Shown here in pieces: positions 16,890 to 27,514 of a stretch of 54,042 bases of DNA. The translations under genes were made by a program, and so were the position numbers. The notes under the pieces were generated by a model, which searched no databases, was not told the origin of the DNA, and worked only from the letters and a program-made list of their open reading frames with translations. Numbering within the stretch: position 1 is the stretch's first letter; every line of letters starts with the position of its first letter. Where the stretch lies: the IMG/VR virus record IMGVR_UViG_3300032272_000017, positions 1-54,042 of that record; one strand, 5' to 3'. Source of the DNA: a virus (Duplodnaviria; Caudoviricetes).

Positions 16890-19800
16890 CTAATTGATCG
16901 CGTTGCGCACCATTTGGCGCGCGGCAGGTATCTGGCCTATCACTGGGATAGCCTTCGGAATGGTTTGTGTACTCGGTTTGCTGATTATGTCAGCTGCTTG
17001 AGAGAGCGCTGGTCCGCCTATGCCGGCGACGTGAGACATACCTCTGTCCTCTGCACCTTCTAAGTCAATGAGGATCTGGTACATGCCCGGAAGACCAGAG
17101 CGTTGTACGAGCTCGGACGTGTATTCCCAGCCGTTCATCCTGTCCGTTGGCGGCTTACGATTACTACCGGCGTACTGAATGAGTTCGCGTAGCTCAAGAC
17201 CGATAGCAGTCAGTGCGAGCATCGCAATCGCTGGTGCTACCGCTGCCATCATCTGTGCCGGGGACTGAGCTTCGTCCCAGTTGAACTTCATGCGCTTGAT
17301 CATGATGTCTTGGATGGCATACATGTAACCCTTGAGGTGATACACAAGCATGGCACCCGGATGTGATGCGAGGATCGGACGCTGTGAGGCGTTGGGCCGC
17401 ATGATGGACTCGTCTACGAATTGTACAAGCGCTTCTGCTGCGGCACGCTCTGGCCCATCCATGTCGTGGGACTGTGAGTCGTACGTTGGTTTACCAGCGT
17501 CGATCCATTGCTTCGCTTGCTTAGGCGTCATGCCCATTTCAGCGAGCATGTCTTTGCCGCGCGCTTGTGTCTGCGCATCCTTACCACTAACGAAGTCGTT
17601 GTAGCTCTGCTCGATGTAGTCGATGCCGACCTGCAATGCCATCTTACGTGTGAAGTCCGTGTACCAGTTCAGTCCAGTGTATTTGAAGAACTGATCATTC
17701 CACTTGCGCAGCTTAGGCGGCATGTAGTGGTTGTCGACGTACTCTGTCATGATGTGTTCGCTGGCTGTGTCTTGGACGATACCGAGAGTATGTGCCATCT
17801 GCGCAAGGCCACCTTCTTGGCTTGCGATGTTGTGTATGTTGGTCTTAATAGAATTGAACGCACCCTTCATGCTACCAGACCGGATAGCAGGACCGGCCAG
17901 GTCTGGCAACGATGCAAAGACCGTGAACATGAGGACGCGCATGTTCTGGTAAGCCATAACAGTAGACATGAACCTACGCATACCCGGGCTGACGTCATCG
18001 CGTCCAAGCTGCCCTAGGTTAGCATCAATGTATTTCTGCATGTGCTTGAGGTCTTCGTCGGTCGCACCTTGCTGCCGAGCTTCAGCAATGATCGCCCGCA
18101 TCTTAGCCTTCGGATCCCAAATGCCTTTCTTAATAGCTTCTTTCGCGTCCATCTCAGTAGCAGGCATTGCCTCACCAAGACGTCGGTTAAACTCAGCGCG
18201 CTTCACTACTTGATTGACGTAGTTCGCTACGATCGAATCAGCGTTGTAATCGAGGAACTGATCGAACCACTTGTCTTGTATGTGACGAGAGTTCATCGCT
18301 GTGAAGCCGGGGGTTTGTGTTGCGTCCTGCGTCATGCGCCCGTCGTTCGCGTTGGGATCGATCAATGAGTTGTATAAGTGTCGCGCCTTCTCAAGCGACA
18401 AACCCTTGGCATCCATCAGGTGATCTAGGATCTTCTGCTTGTTGTCTTCCAGCATCTGACGATCGAACTGACGTGGGAAATAGTTGGTGACTCTACGCAC
18501 AGGCAGTCCTGCTTTCTCTGCGTAGTCGTGCATCGCATCAAACACGGCACGAACAGCGGCCTCTTCCTTCGTGAAGGTAGCGCCGGGGTCTCCGTCTTTC
18601 TTCGACAGTGACTTACCGATCTCACGCATCTTCGCGTTGACTAGCGTCTGCAGCTCTCTGTTCTTAATTCCTGGACGCGTTGCTTTGATCTGCGCAGCAA
18701 CGTCGTTCGTAATCTTTGTGTACTGGCTCATGAACTGCCCACGCATCAGCTCGACTGCTTGGTGATAGTTCTGTTTGCCCTTCGCTGCGCCCTGTTCTTG
18801 ACGGTTGAACATCAAGACCAACTTGTTAGCTGCCTTGATGCCGCGTTTGTTTAGGTCGCGCATGACGCTAGTGGAAGGTGCCCACACCATCTTACGAGCG
18901 CTGTTCATCCAGTTGCGGATCGCAATCGCACGCTTAGCCATCGCTGGGTACTTACTCTCCATGCGAGCGAGAGCATCCTTGCCCTCCTGCGTCGCCGGTG
19001 CAAAGTCGAATGCCATGTTGTCGACCTCTGACGTACGCGGAGTTGTCTTCGCGCCACTCGGAGAAGCGAACGGCTTACCGTCCTTACCGAGCATAGCGTC
19101 GCCGAACCACTTGTACATAGTCACGCCTTCGTTACGGAACCACTTCTTGAGTACCGCATCGTTGTAAGGGTTGGCACCCTGATCAGAAGTCGTCTTAGCT
19201 CGCATCGCTACAGCGTCGGCGAACTCAGCGAAGGTCTCGTCCAGTTGGAAGCGGTCATTTTTCGCAATGAAATCATAGAGTTTGCGGATCTTCGCGCTGA
19301 CCTTAGCGAAGAACGCTTGGGCCGGCCCTTGCGGCAACCGCGGACGTACAATCCATGCCGCCAGCTGATCAGCCATCCACTCGTTGAAGCCGGCTTCGTT
19401 AAACGCTTCGGGTGCTGTTGAGCGCAGACTTTGTTTTAGCGGAGTCTTGTTCGCTATATCGTTCTCTAGCTGAGCGATCTCCGCCCCCAACTCTTCCTGT
19501 TCTTCTTGCGTGTTCTCGTTCCGGTTAAATGCTGCGTTCTCTGCTGCTCGCAGAGCGGCCTTGCGTTCTGTAAGCTGAGCGTTTAATGCCTTTATTTCTG
19601 CTTTCGCTTTCGCGGAAGGCTTGGCTTGTGTCGTGGACACACCGGGGAATGCTTGAGCAACGCCTACGGATTTCACGTATGCGTCCTTCAAATTCTGTTG
19701 AGCCTCTGGCGTGAGGTTGTCCCACGCAACACGATAAACGTGATGGCCCATCTCGTGGCCGAATGCGAGTGTCGTAGCAACAGGGTCACTTAGAATCTTA

Positions 19801-22800
19801 GGACTGAGATACACGAACGAGTTATCGTTGATGCGAATGTTCCGAGCATGCACGTTCGGATCGTTCAGCGTCTGCTCGAAGATCGGATCAGTAACATGTC
19901 CGTTCTGAATCAGCATTGCCAAGCCAACGTCATCAATCACAGTGACTTGGTTGTTAAGTCCGAGTGTCTTAGTGACGAAGTTGGCGAGTGCTGTCAGAGC
20001 TTTGTGCGTGTTGACTGACACGTTCTCGCCGAGTAGTACCTTCACCTTGCCGGGGAGTCCCCAGCGCTTCAGTAATCTCTTGTCATGGTTGCTAATTTCT
20101 TGCGCATTGTTTCTAGGTGACTGATCAACTTTACCCGTCGACTTATCAAAGCGTTTGTTGCGCGACTCGAACTCTGACGGAAGCTTGGAACCCCTCTCGT
20201 CTGCACGTGAGAGATTACCTGCTGCGTCTTCTTCGCGAGACTGGTTCTTGCCTTGTCCTTTAGTCTCAATGTCATCTTCGCCAGGCTGATTATCAATGAG
20301 CGTGCCTGACACCCGACCGTCTTCAGACTGACCGCCAGTCTTGGTGCGAGAAGCTGTACGCTTGCCCTCACCGGTTCGACCAGTGCGAATCGGATCAGTA
20401 GACACACGAGCAGTACCAGCGGTAGTACCACGGGTATCACCAAGATCACCAGCGCCGACGCCGACTGCGTTACCGCTGAACTCATTTTCGTCACGTGCGG
20501 CGTCAGCAAGTTGATCTTGCCTACGCTCTTTCTTAATCTCATCAAGTATTGTCTGTGCATCTGCAGGGCTCTTCTGTCGTATTACGCGGAACGTCCGCAC
20601 GTCGTCGATGCCCCAACTGTATGTACCGTCGTCATTACGAATAGCAGCAAGCATGTTGAACGGGATCTTAATGTTCCGCGCCTTCATCTTGTTGATGAAG
20701 TTAATCATGTTGGCCTTTGCAACGCCCTCTGTAGGATACTTAGCGGGCGAAGCAAACTCGTCTATAGCAATGTCTTTCGTGTCGCCGAAGTGTTCCTGAA
20801 ACTGATCGTTCATCGCGTTGAATGTATCAACGTCGATCATGTCTCTGGTTAGCAGTTCCGTTGCCATGGCGAGGAACCCGTCTTCCATTGTCACTGCGTT
20901 GGGGTCGATGTTCTTACCCTTGAACGCCAGCGTCTTAATGTCGAGCAGCATGCTCTTCATCTTATCGGAGAAGCCGAACTTCTTACCATCAATCGCGATC
21001 TTGAACTTACGCTTGAGGTTTCGTGGTGTGTTCTTTGTGCGCGCAGCAGAGTCTCTCGACGACTCGATGTCGTTGAAGAACTTCTGACTGTCCCGCATTT
21101 CCGGATCGATCGCTTCGATTACCCAGCCATCGCCCTTCTCATTCTTCTTGATGCGGAACAGGTCGTCCTGCTTACGCATGTCACGCTGCTTGCGTGATCG
21201 TAGGAAGCGTTGCTTCAGCTTCGCACGTCCTTTCTCAGCGTCGGCTCTCGTCTTATAACCGACTACTGATTCCTTACCATCTACTCCCACCGTGGGAGAG
21301 AGCTGGTTGCGTCCCCATATGATGACAGGCTCGACCTCAGTCTCACCGGTTTGGATTGTCTCACCCTTCGGCGCAGACAGAGAAGACTCTTGCTGTACTT
21401 CAGGGCCAACCGCACGATCAAACTTCCGGCCGGAAGGTCCGACACGTCGTTCTGTTTCTTCCTGCTCGATCTCGATGCCCAGCTGTGCAAGCAGGTCATC
21501 ATCCATATCCATGTTGTCGACTTCAGCTTCGACGGTCTTACCCATCTGTGCAGCCTTACGTCGGATCATATCAACGAAGCCGGCCAGCCTTTGCTTGACA
21601 GCTTCTGCCTCTTCCTTAATGTACTTGGCGCGAGCCTCGGGATCTTGTATTGCTTTAGCGACCTGTGCGATACGATCGGTCTGCGTCTTGAGATACTTCT
21701 CAGCATCTGCAATCTGGTCGCCATGGTCTTTCAGGAACTTTTCACGAGCGGCCTTGGCTACTTCGCTTATCGAGGCAGTCTCAGCGTTGACGCCGCCTTC
21801 TAAGTTGTCGTTCAGGTTCTGCGAGATCTTGTCAACCTGCGTCGTGACGCTGTTAACAGCTGCTTCAATGTGTGGTTGTACTGTGGAGTAGACACGACCC
21901 TTGATCTCTTCATACAGAGTGTTGTCTGCTGCAACGAAACCTTCCGGCAGCTGCTCCTCTACGACCGTACCTGCGCGGTCTAGTCCTTCCTTTGCCTTGT
22001 CGACTGCGGTTGCTGCTGCGTCCTTCGCAGTCATAGACCATGCGCCGATAACAGGAGCGGCTTTCTTAACACCGGAGAAGGCACCGGTCTGGATACCACC
22101 GACTACTTCAGCACCACCACCTGTGACTGCACCGACGAGGGCGCCAGCTGCAAAGGCGTCAATGACACGCTTCTTAGCATCTGGTGAGAACATGTCGAAG
22201 GTCGGGTCGTGGTAAGCATGTGCTGCCAGCGCAATGATTTCCTGCGCAGCTTCTGTGCTACCTTCGAGGGCCAGCTGTGTGCCAGTTGAGACCGCGAAGT
22301 CCTTAACAAATGCTTTGGACACCTGCTTGTCAACGCCCGGGAACATCTTGTCGAGCAATCGCAACGCTGGCAGTGCTTCGAGAGCACCACCGGCTATGCC
22401 GCCTATCAGGGCAGTCAGCCCGGGGTCAGCAATGCCGGAGTTAAGGAGTTCTTGGTCTATACCGCCAATCTGGGGCAGAGCGGAGACTGCTACAGCACCA
22501 GCTCCGCTACCTATTTTCGTAGCTCGCTTCAGTGCTGGGTCGATTACACGCTTCCCTCTAAGGAAAGCGTCTCGGACCATATCCTGGCCCTGCTTGGTGG
22601 TCATCAGGGAGCGTGTGGACTCCAGAGCTTCAGCTGTGCTGAATCCCATACGACCGCGTAGGTCGCGCTCTACGCGACGCGCGACGGATTTCTTAACACC
22701 GAGCTCAATAGCCTTCTTACCGGCCACAGCGCCTATCGTACCGCCCGACATAGCTGCTGCGAGTGATGGAATAGCCTCACCCAACGATGCTGCTGTCCAC

Positions 22801-23216
22801 CTAAAAAAGCCCCCCGCGCTTTCTATGTCGGTGAAGCCTTGAGCCTGTCGGGTTGCGTCTGCTGCTTGCTCGAACTGTTCTGCAGCCCCTTTGTTACCAG
22901 CGTCTTCCAACCAGCCAATGCCGAGCTCTCGCCCAGCTAGACCGGCAACGCCGAATAAGGAGCCCTGCATGGAGTCGATACCGCCGCCAAGACCTGCTCT
23001 GAACTCTTCGCCTAGGGTGTTGTTCTCTCGCCGGATGTTCGGAGCCTGCTGTGAGACTCGGAACTCAGCGAATACGTCCTGCTGTGGCTGCGCTTTTAGC
23101 GTGCCATCGGGATTAGTTGGACCTTCGAGTCCAGTCTTAGCGGGGGCATCAGTGGCTGGTGCGGGTGCGCTACCAGTCCGAAACTCGGCAAAGAGGTCGT
23201 TCGGATCTGTTGCCAT
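16890..23216 (-). CDS. 2108-aa internal virion / DNA ejection protein
   Basis: Largest late gene, last of the internal-protein block; Gly/Ala-rich membrane-like N-terminal region, EGSTEAAQE motif, HEMGH zincin-like motif. Confidence 0.8.
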   Translation of the reverse strand: MATDPNDLFAEFRTGSAPAPATDAPAKTGLEGPTNPDGTLKAQPQQDVFAEFRVSQQAPNIRRENNTLGEEFRAGLGGGIDSMQGSLFGVAGLAGRELGIGWLEDAGNKGAAEQFEQAADATRQAQGFTDIESAGGFFRWTAASLGEAIPSLAAAMSGGTIGAVAGKKAIELGVKKSVARRVERDLRGRMGFSTAEALESTRSLMTTKQGQDMVRDAFLRGKRVIDPALKRATKIGSGAGAVAVSALPQIGGIDQELLNSGIADPGLTALIGGIAGGALEALPALRLLDKMFPGVDKQVSKAFVKDFAVSTGTQLALEGSTEAAQEIIALAAHAYHDPTFDMFSPDAKKRVIDAFAAGALVGAVTGGGAEVVGGIQTGAFSGVKKAAPVIGAWSMTAKDAAATAVDKAKEGLDRAGTVVEEQLPEGFVAADNTLYEEIKGRVYSTVQPHIEAAVNSVTTQVDKISQNLNDNLEGGVNAETASISEVAKAAREKFLKDHGDQIADAEKYLKTQTDRIAQVAKAIQDPEARAKYIKEEAEAVKQRLAGFVDMIRRKAAQMGKTVEAEVDNMDMDDDLLAQLGIEIEQEETERRVGPSGRKFDRAVGPEVQQESSLSAPKGETIQTGETEVEPVIIWGRNQLSPTVGVDGKESVVGYKTRADAEKGRAKLKQRFLRSRKQRDMRKQDDLFRIKKNEKGDGWVIEAIDPEMRDSQKFFNDIESSRDSAARTKNTPRNLKRKFKIAIDGKKFGFSDKMKSMLLDIKTLAFKGKNIDPNAVTMEDGFLAMATELLTRDMIDVDTFNAMNDQFQEHFGDTKDIAIDEFASPAKYPTEGVAKANMINFINKMKARNIKIPFNMLAAIRNDDGTYSWGIDDVRTFRVIRQKSPADAQTILDEIKKERRQDQLADAARDENEFSGNAVGVGAGDLGDTRGTTAGTARVSTDPIRTGRTGEGKRTASRTKTGGQSEDGRVSGTLIDNQPGEDDIETKGQGKNQSREEDAAGNLSRADERGSKLPSEFESRNKRFDKSTGKVDQSPRNNAQEISNHDKRLLKRWGLPGKVKVLLGENVSVNTHKALTALANFVTKTLGLNNQVTVIDDVGLAMLIQNGHVTDPIFEQTLNDPNVHARNIRINDNSFVYLSPKILSDPVATTLAFGHEMGHHVYRVAWDNLTPEAQQNLKDAYVKSVGVAQAFPGVSTTQAKPSAKAKAEIKALNAQLTERKAALRAAENAAFNRNENTQEEQEELGAEIAQLENDIANKTPLKQSLRSTAPEAFNEAGFNEWMADQLAAWIVRPRLPQGPAQAFFAKVSAKIRKLYDFIAKNDRFQLDETFAEFADAVAMRAKTTSDQGANPYNDAVLKKWFRNEGVTMYKWFGDAMLGKDGKPFASPSGAKTTPRTSEVDNMAFDFAPATQEGKDALARMESKYPAMAKRAIAIRNWMNSARKMVWAPSTSVMRDLNKRGIKAANKLVLMFNRQEQGAAKGKQNYHQAVELMRGQFMSQYTKITNDVAAQIKATRPGIKNRELQTLVNAKMREIGKSLSKKDGDPGATFTKEEAAVRAVFDAMHDYAEKAGLPVRRVTNYFPRQFDRQMLEDNKQKILDHLMDAKGLSLEKARHLYNSLIDPNANDGRMTQDATQTPGFTAMNSRHIQDKWFDQFLDYNADSIVANYVNQVVKRAEFNRRLGEAMPATEMDAKEAIKKGIWDPKAKMRAIIAEARQQGATDEDLKHMQKYIDANLGQLGRDDVSPGMRRFMSTVMAYQNMRVLMFTVFASLPDLAGPAIRSGSMKGAFNSIKTNIHNIASQEGGLAQMAHTLGIVQDTASEHIMTEYVDNHYMPPKLRKWNDQFFKYTGLNWYTDFTRKMALQVGIDYIEQSYNDFVSGKDAQTQARGKDMLAEMGMTPKQAKQWIDAGKPTYDSQSHDMDGPERAAAEALVQFVDESIMRPNASQRPILASHPGAMLVYHLKGYMYAIQDIMIKRMKFNWDEAQSPAQMMAAVAPAIAMLALTAIGLELRELIQYAGSNRKPPTDRMNGWEYTSELVQRSGLPGMYQILIDLEGAEDRGMSHVAGIGGPALSQAADIISKPSTQTIPKAIPVIGQIPAARQMVRNAIN

Positions 23217-23218
23217 GA

Positions 23219-25552
23219 CTATTGTCCTTGCGGTGCTGGAAGAATGGTCCCATCATCGGCTATTCTACCCTGCGCATCAAGCTCCATGTACTTAGTACGC
23301 GCCACTACTTCTCTAATCTGCCAGTCTGCATACGAGTCTGCGTTCTCAGCGGCGATCGGGCCATAGCGACCTTCTCTGACGCCCTGACGCATAGCTTCTT
23401 CGTCGAGCCCGTCGATGTCTTTCAGATCGGGCAGCGGAATGTAGTCTAGCTCGAACTCGTTCGCCAGCTTTTCGCGGAGGTCAGGGTCCATCATGATCTC
23501 GTTGACCGTGGGCGATTCCTTCGTGTTGGTGAACCAACCCTCGTCAAGCTCAGCGTACTTCTTGCCGGCGAAGAGCTTCGACTCAGCGAGCATAGCGCCC
23601 AGCTTCCTCATGTCTTCTTGGCTCGTCACGTTGAAGCGTGAGCGAACCCAACCCGGACTCTTGTACATGATGTTCATGAGACCGTTGACGTCGTTGTCCT
23701 CGATGTTCGGGAACTGAGACTTGATGCCCTCACTTACCCAGTTGATCTGGTCTTCACCAATCTCGCGACTAGGAGTGGGCTTCGGCACCTTTGTCTTGCC
23801 CTTCTGCAACATCAATACGTTACCGCTCTCAGTGATAGCGTAGACGTTGTCTCCCGCCTCCTGAATCTTGGTAATACCATTCGGATTCTTGCCCGGAGGC
23901 CAAGCACCCGTCATCATAACGGATAAAGCAGTGGGCTTATCTATGTACCCAGCCTGCGCGAGAATGGACAGAGACTCTATCTGGTTCTCATTCAGTCGCT
24001 TGTTGGGAGAGATACGACCAGCTACAACACCGGCCGTGTGTACCTGCGCCCCTGTGTTCTGCGTGGGCACCGGTCGGTTCGGATCGAACATAGTGTCAGC
24101 TACGTCCTGCACTCGTGGGTTGTCGCCAACCTTGAGTCCGGACGCGTTGATACCTGCTTGGCGTGAAACAGACGGTGCGCCTTTAGCGATCTGGTCGCGT
24201 GAGTGCTGCAGGTTAGAAAGCGCTGATCTCTGCTGCCGGCCTTGCGGCGAGTTCGGGTCAAGCGAGAGTGTTTCTGCCTTCAGGTCTGCCTCTGCCTGAT
24301 TCAGGATAGGCAGCATGCGCTGATCCATCTTGAATGCGAGGCCAGGATTCGTCGTCTGCAACGTGGCACGATCTTCAAGATACATGACCGACGCTGCTCG
24401 CGGATCTTCAACCGCAACCTGCTCCATCGTGGAGTCAACTGTTGGGTCGAGGAATGCTTCTGCGCGCTTCTCAGCCTGCTGACCTGCAAGCTCAGCCGCT
24501 TGGCGAGCTTGGTCAGAGCCTTCTAATAAAGCACCCTGTCGTGAGTGGGCATCCATCGCCATCTCTTGTGGTCGACGTCCGCGTCTCTTGTATTCTTCCA
24601 GCACCTTGACGTTCTCGTTGCGTGCTGCTGTGATTTCCTGCTGACTCGCACCGTCCGCGGCCATCTGTTCGAACTCGGCGGTGGACGTGAAGCGGTCAGC
24701 TGGTACTTGTAGGTTGCCGCCGAACTCATCACCGGCGTTTTGCGAGAGGCTTGTGCCGCGATCGAGACCGAACACTGCGTTTGCAATCTTACCGGGAGCG
24801 TTTAACACAGCCCCTGCTACATCTTCAGCGCCACGAACAACTTCTGAAGTACCGCCAGCGATCTTGTCGCCGACTTTACCTAAGAAGCCTTTCTTCTGGT
24901 ACTCAGGATCGAACTGACTTGCTTCGTCAATGTCGATTTCCTGTAAGCCACCAAGTCCTTTGTCTGGTGCGAAATTAAAACCGGCACCGCCTACTGGCTG
25001 TGCCTGTGAACCCGCAGCTGCTTCGCCGCGTTGTTCTAAAGTCGCTGTGTCGGCAGGAGCTCCCTGCTGACCTTCCAAGGTTTGAACCCCGCCACTTAGT
25101 GACTGATTCCCCTGTGCCTGAGTTACTGCGCCTGCTTGCTGCTGTCCGCCACGTGGGATAGTTCCTGCGCCCCGGATTGCACCGGAGATGCGGTTCTGCT
25201 CGTTCTGTCGCTTCAGTGCAGCGGCAGCTTCCGGTGAGTATGGTGCGAACTGCGCGAGTTCTTCGGGTGTTGCGTCTGGGTTCTGCAGAGCGAACTGATC
25301 GCCCTCTTCCCTGAGACGCTCTTCCTCAAGTGCGTCTACGCGGTCTTCCTGCTGTTGACCGAATAAAGTGTCGATGCGCTTATCAGATTTAACCTGCCTA
25401 CTGCGCTGGAACGAACGCTCTTCTTTCTCTTGCGCGAGTCGTTCCTCAAGACGTTGGTCTGCTTTCTTCTGACGTTTGATTTCGTCGACGAAGCTGAAGC
25501 CTGTCATGAAGTTGTTAGCAAAGGCGTTTGCTGAAAAGGAATTACCTGCCAT
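23219..25552 (-). CDS. internal virion / ejection protein
   Basis: Gln/Ala-rich helical protein in the ejection block; start moved to MAGNSF. Confidence 0.7.
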   Translation of the reverse strand: MAGNSFSANAFANNFMTGFSFVDEIKRQKKADQRLEERLAQEKEERSFQRSRQVKSDKRIDTLFGQQQEDRVDALEEERLREEGDQFALQNPDATPEELAQFAPYSPEAAAALKRQNEQNRISGAIRGAGTIPRGGQQQAGAVTQAQGNQSLSGGVQTLEGQQGAPADTATLEQRGEAAAGSQAQPVGGAGFNFAPDKGLGGLQEIDIDEASQFDPEYQKKGFLGKVGDKIAGGTSEVVRGAEDVAGAVLNAPGKIANAVFGLDRGTSLSQNAGDEFGGNLQVPADRFTSTAEFEQMAADGASQQEITAARNENVKVLEEYKRRGRRPQEMAMDAHSRQGALLEGSDQARQAAELAGQQAEKRAEAFLDPTVDSTMEQVAVEDPRAASVMYLEDRATLQTTNPGLAFKMDQRMLPILNQAEADLKAETLSLDPNSPQGRQQRSALSNLQHSRDQIAKGAPSVSRQAGINASGLKVGDNPRVQDVADTMFDPNRPVPTQNTGAQVHTAGVVAGRISPNKRLNENQIESLSILAQAGYIDKPTALSVMMTGAWPPGKNPNGITKIQEAGDNVYAITESGNVLMLQKGKTKVPKPTPSREIGEDQINWVSEGIKSQFPNIEDNDVNGLMNIMYKSPGWVRSRFNVTSQEDMRKLGAMLAESKLFAGKKYAELDEGWFTNTKESPTVNEIMMDPDLREKLANEFELDYIPLPDLKDIDGLDEEAMRQGVREGRYGPIAAENADSYADWQIREVVARTKYMELDAQGRIADDGTILPAPQGQ

Positions 25553-26372
25553 GTGAGATCTTCTTGTCGAGTTCTTTAACTGCACCCAAGGTTACGCCGA
25601 GTGCGTCAATCACATTAATCATGTCCGGACGATCTGTATCTATGCCGAACTCCCTATTAAATTCTTCTGAAAACGGTCCGACGTGTGTCTTGTCGTCACC
25701 CTTGTACTGCCAGCGGTTGACTCGTACATTCTTCAGCTTCTTAAGAAGGTCGCCCTCATGACCACGGTCATGCTTGAGCTCCTCAGACGAGAAGAAGCTG
25801 AGGGCGCCTCCTATTATTGATCCTATCAGGCCGATCTTTGATGATTTCTTGTTAGCATCTCTCTGTGCTTCTGCTGATAACCTAGCCCCTTCGGCTTGTG
25901 CGAGGCCAGTTCGACCACTTACACGTTGACTGAAGAGGGCATCTGAGAAGCCTTGCCCGGAAGCTGATGCTGCCTTAGAGCGATCTGTGAATCCACGTCG
26001 TGTCGACCCAGCTGCTGATGCGCGGTTTAGACTGCGCGTTAAGCCTAACCTACGGTTAGCTGCTTTCTGTTGCCGGGGGGACAAGTCCATGCCGCGAGTT
26101 GCACGCTCGAACTGTGCCTCGTCATTATCAGACTGACGTTGTGCCGATAGGTTGGAGGCAGCTACTGCTGATTCCTCACCTACTCGGTTAGCTGCGTCGT
26201 CGATCATAGCGAGGTCGCCAGACAAACGTCTGTCGTTTGCCAAGCCTTCACGACCAGCTATTCTCTCTAGCGATTCTATGTCAGAGCGAGGTGCCGCGTC
26301 ATATAGGTTCTGGTTGCTGCGAGCGGAAGCGTTGAACTGGAATCCGCCTAATCCTGGCATTGCACTAGGCAT
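25542..26372 (-). CDS. ejection/pilot protein with C-terminal peptidase S74 (intramolecular chaperone) domain
   Basis: IGLIGSIIGGALSFF followed by SSEELK, WQYK, HVGPFSEEF, GVTLGAVKEL. Confidence 0.75.
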   Translation of the reverse strand: MPSAMPGLGGFQFNASARSNQNLYDAAPRSDIESLERIAGREGLANDRRLSGDLAMIDDAANRVGEESAVAASNLSAQRQSDNDEAQFERATRGMDLSPRQQKAANRRLGLTRSLNRASAAGSTRRGFTDRSKAASASGQGFSDALFSQRVSGRTGLAQAEGARLSAEAQRDANKKSSKIGLIGSIIGGALSFFSSEELKHDRGHEGDLLKKLKNVRVNRWQYKGDDKTHVGPFSEEFNREFGIDTDRPDMINVIDALGVTLGAVKELDKKISHGR

Positions 26373-26985
26373 CTAGAGTTCCTCCGCCACTGAATATGCT
26401 GAAGCCGCCGCCGCTATTCGTAAAGTCGGCCGCGCCTGTACCTAGATCCGTCTCTACTGGAACAGACGAATCGCTGTTGAATAAGTTATCACCAAAGCCC
26501 CTGATAGCTGCGCCCGTTATAAAACCGGCTGCGCCACCGTATGCTGACTTGACTTGGTCGCTCGCTGATAATCGGCTTGCGGCCAAGCCTGATTTTATGC
26601 TGGACGCGTTAGCCGCTGAATTCTGTATGATGCCTCTACGATTGGCAGAGGACTTTGCCATCTGTAATCGATCCTTGAGCTGTTGGTTTCGGATAGCCGC
26701 GTCGCCACGGTTGTTAATGCCTTGGCGGGCTTTGCTGCGTCGGATGTTCTGCTCTAGCCTCTGGGCGAACGAACCACCCCCGACTCTGCCGAACTTCTGC
26801 TGTACAGCGGAGCTTGCGCCAGCTGCCAGTCGACCCTGCTCTTGGGTAAGATCATTGACGTTGCCGCGATGTTGGTCGACTAAACGATTGGCGCCAGCTT
26901 CCATGGGGATACCACGGGCTATCGAATCCTTGACGGATTGTTCTCCAGTTCGATCGGGGTTCGCTACGTTAAAGCCGATGGGCAT
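26365..26985 (-). CDS. DNA transfer / pilot-like internal virion protein
   Basis: Ala/Gly/Gln-rich helical protein with a GGAAGFITGAAI segment. Confidence 0.65.
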   Translation of the reverse strand: MPIGFNVANPDRTGEQSVKDSIARGIPMEAGANRLVDQHRGNVNDLTQEQGRLAAGASSAVQQKFGRVGGGSFAQRLEQNIRRSKARQGINNRGDAAIRNQQLKDRLQMAKSSANRRGIIQNSAANASSIKSGLAASRLSASDQVKSAYGGAAGFITGAAIRGFGDNLFNSDSSVPVETDLGTGAADFTNSGGGFSIFSGGGTLDA

Positions 26986-27042
26986 TGTATTCTCCGAGCA
27001 CGAAAAGCACTTCCTTGTGCATATAGCTATCCATAGCCTAAC

Positions 27043-27071
27043 AGTTTAACTTGGGAACCTGTGGGCTGTCA
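27043..27071 (-). promoter_or_regulatory. candidate late promoter TGACAG-CCC..(17)-TAAACT
   Basis: Intergenic upstream of the ejection-protein block; shares the CAGCCC box. Confidence 0.55.
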
Positions 27072-27302
27072 CGCCGCTGCCTTCTCTGAGACTTCCTTCG
27101 TATCCGGTTTGGGGTTTTCACCCTCACCTTCAACAGAAGCGCAAACTACGAGCTCACCGCTGATTAAACCGCGGATGAGCGTCTTACCAGATACTACCCC
27201 GTCGATTAAGTTAGCCGGGATGGAGACGCTCTCGTCTGAGAGTACGGCTAGGAGTATATGAGCGGCCTGTTGTACCTGTTCTTGACTGACTGGCTGAAAC
27301 AT
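27069..27302 (-). CDS. hypothetical protein (possible fibre chaperone)
   Basis: AGGA RBS; ORF track. Confidence 0.7.
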   Translation of the reverse strand: MFQPVSQEQVQQAAHILLAVLSDESVSIPANLIDGVVSGKTLIRGLISGELVVCASVEGEGENPKPDTKEVSEKAAA

Positions 27303-27362
27303 TATTATTTCCTGTAAGTTATTGGCTAACGGGGCTATGTTACCACGAGAAACCCTGTGTTG

Positions 27363-27512
27363 TCAGCCTTTTCTGCGTGTGCCGCGCGTGCGATCGTCTC
27401 GCCCACTGCCCGTTACTGTGCCGCTTGTCGGGCTATTCTTTTTGCGGTAATAGAGTCTGCCAATAAATACGGCTATGAATACTACCAATACAATTACGCC
27501 TATCGTTTCCAT
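27363..27512 (-). CDS. 49-aa single-TM protein
   Basis: METIGVIVLVVFIAVFIGRLYYRKK; GAGGA RBS. Confidence 0.65.
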   Translation of the reverse strand: METIGVIVLVVFIAVFIGRLYYRKKNSPTSGTVTGSGRDDRTRGTRRKG

Positions 27513-27514
27513 GA

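Noticed and set aside
16890-23216. 2108-aa protein as a virion RNA polymerase
   Set aside because: I found neither T7/N4-type polymerase motifs nor a DxDxD motif in a double-psi-barrel-like context; composition and position fit an ejection protein.
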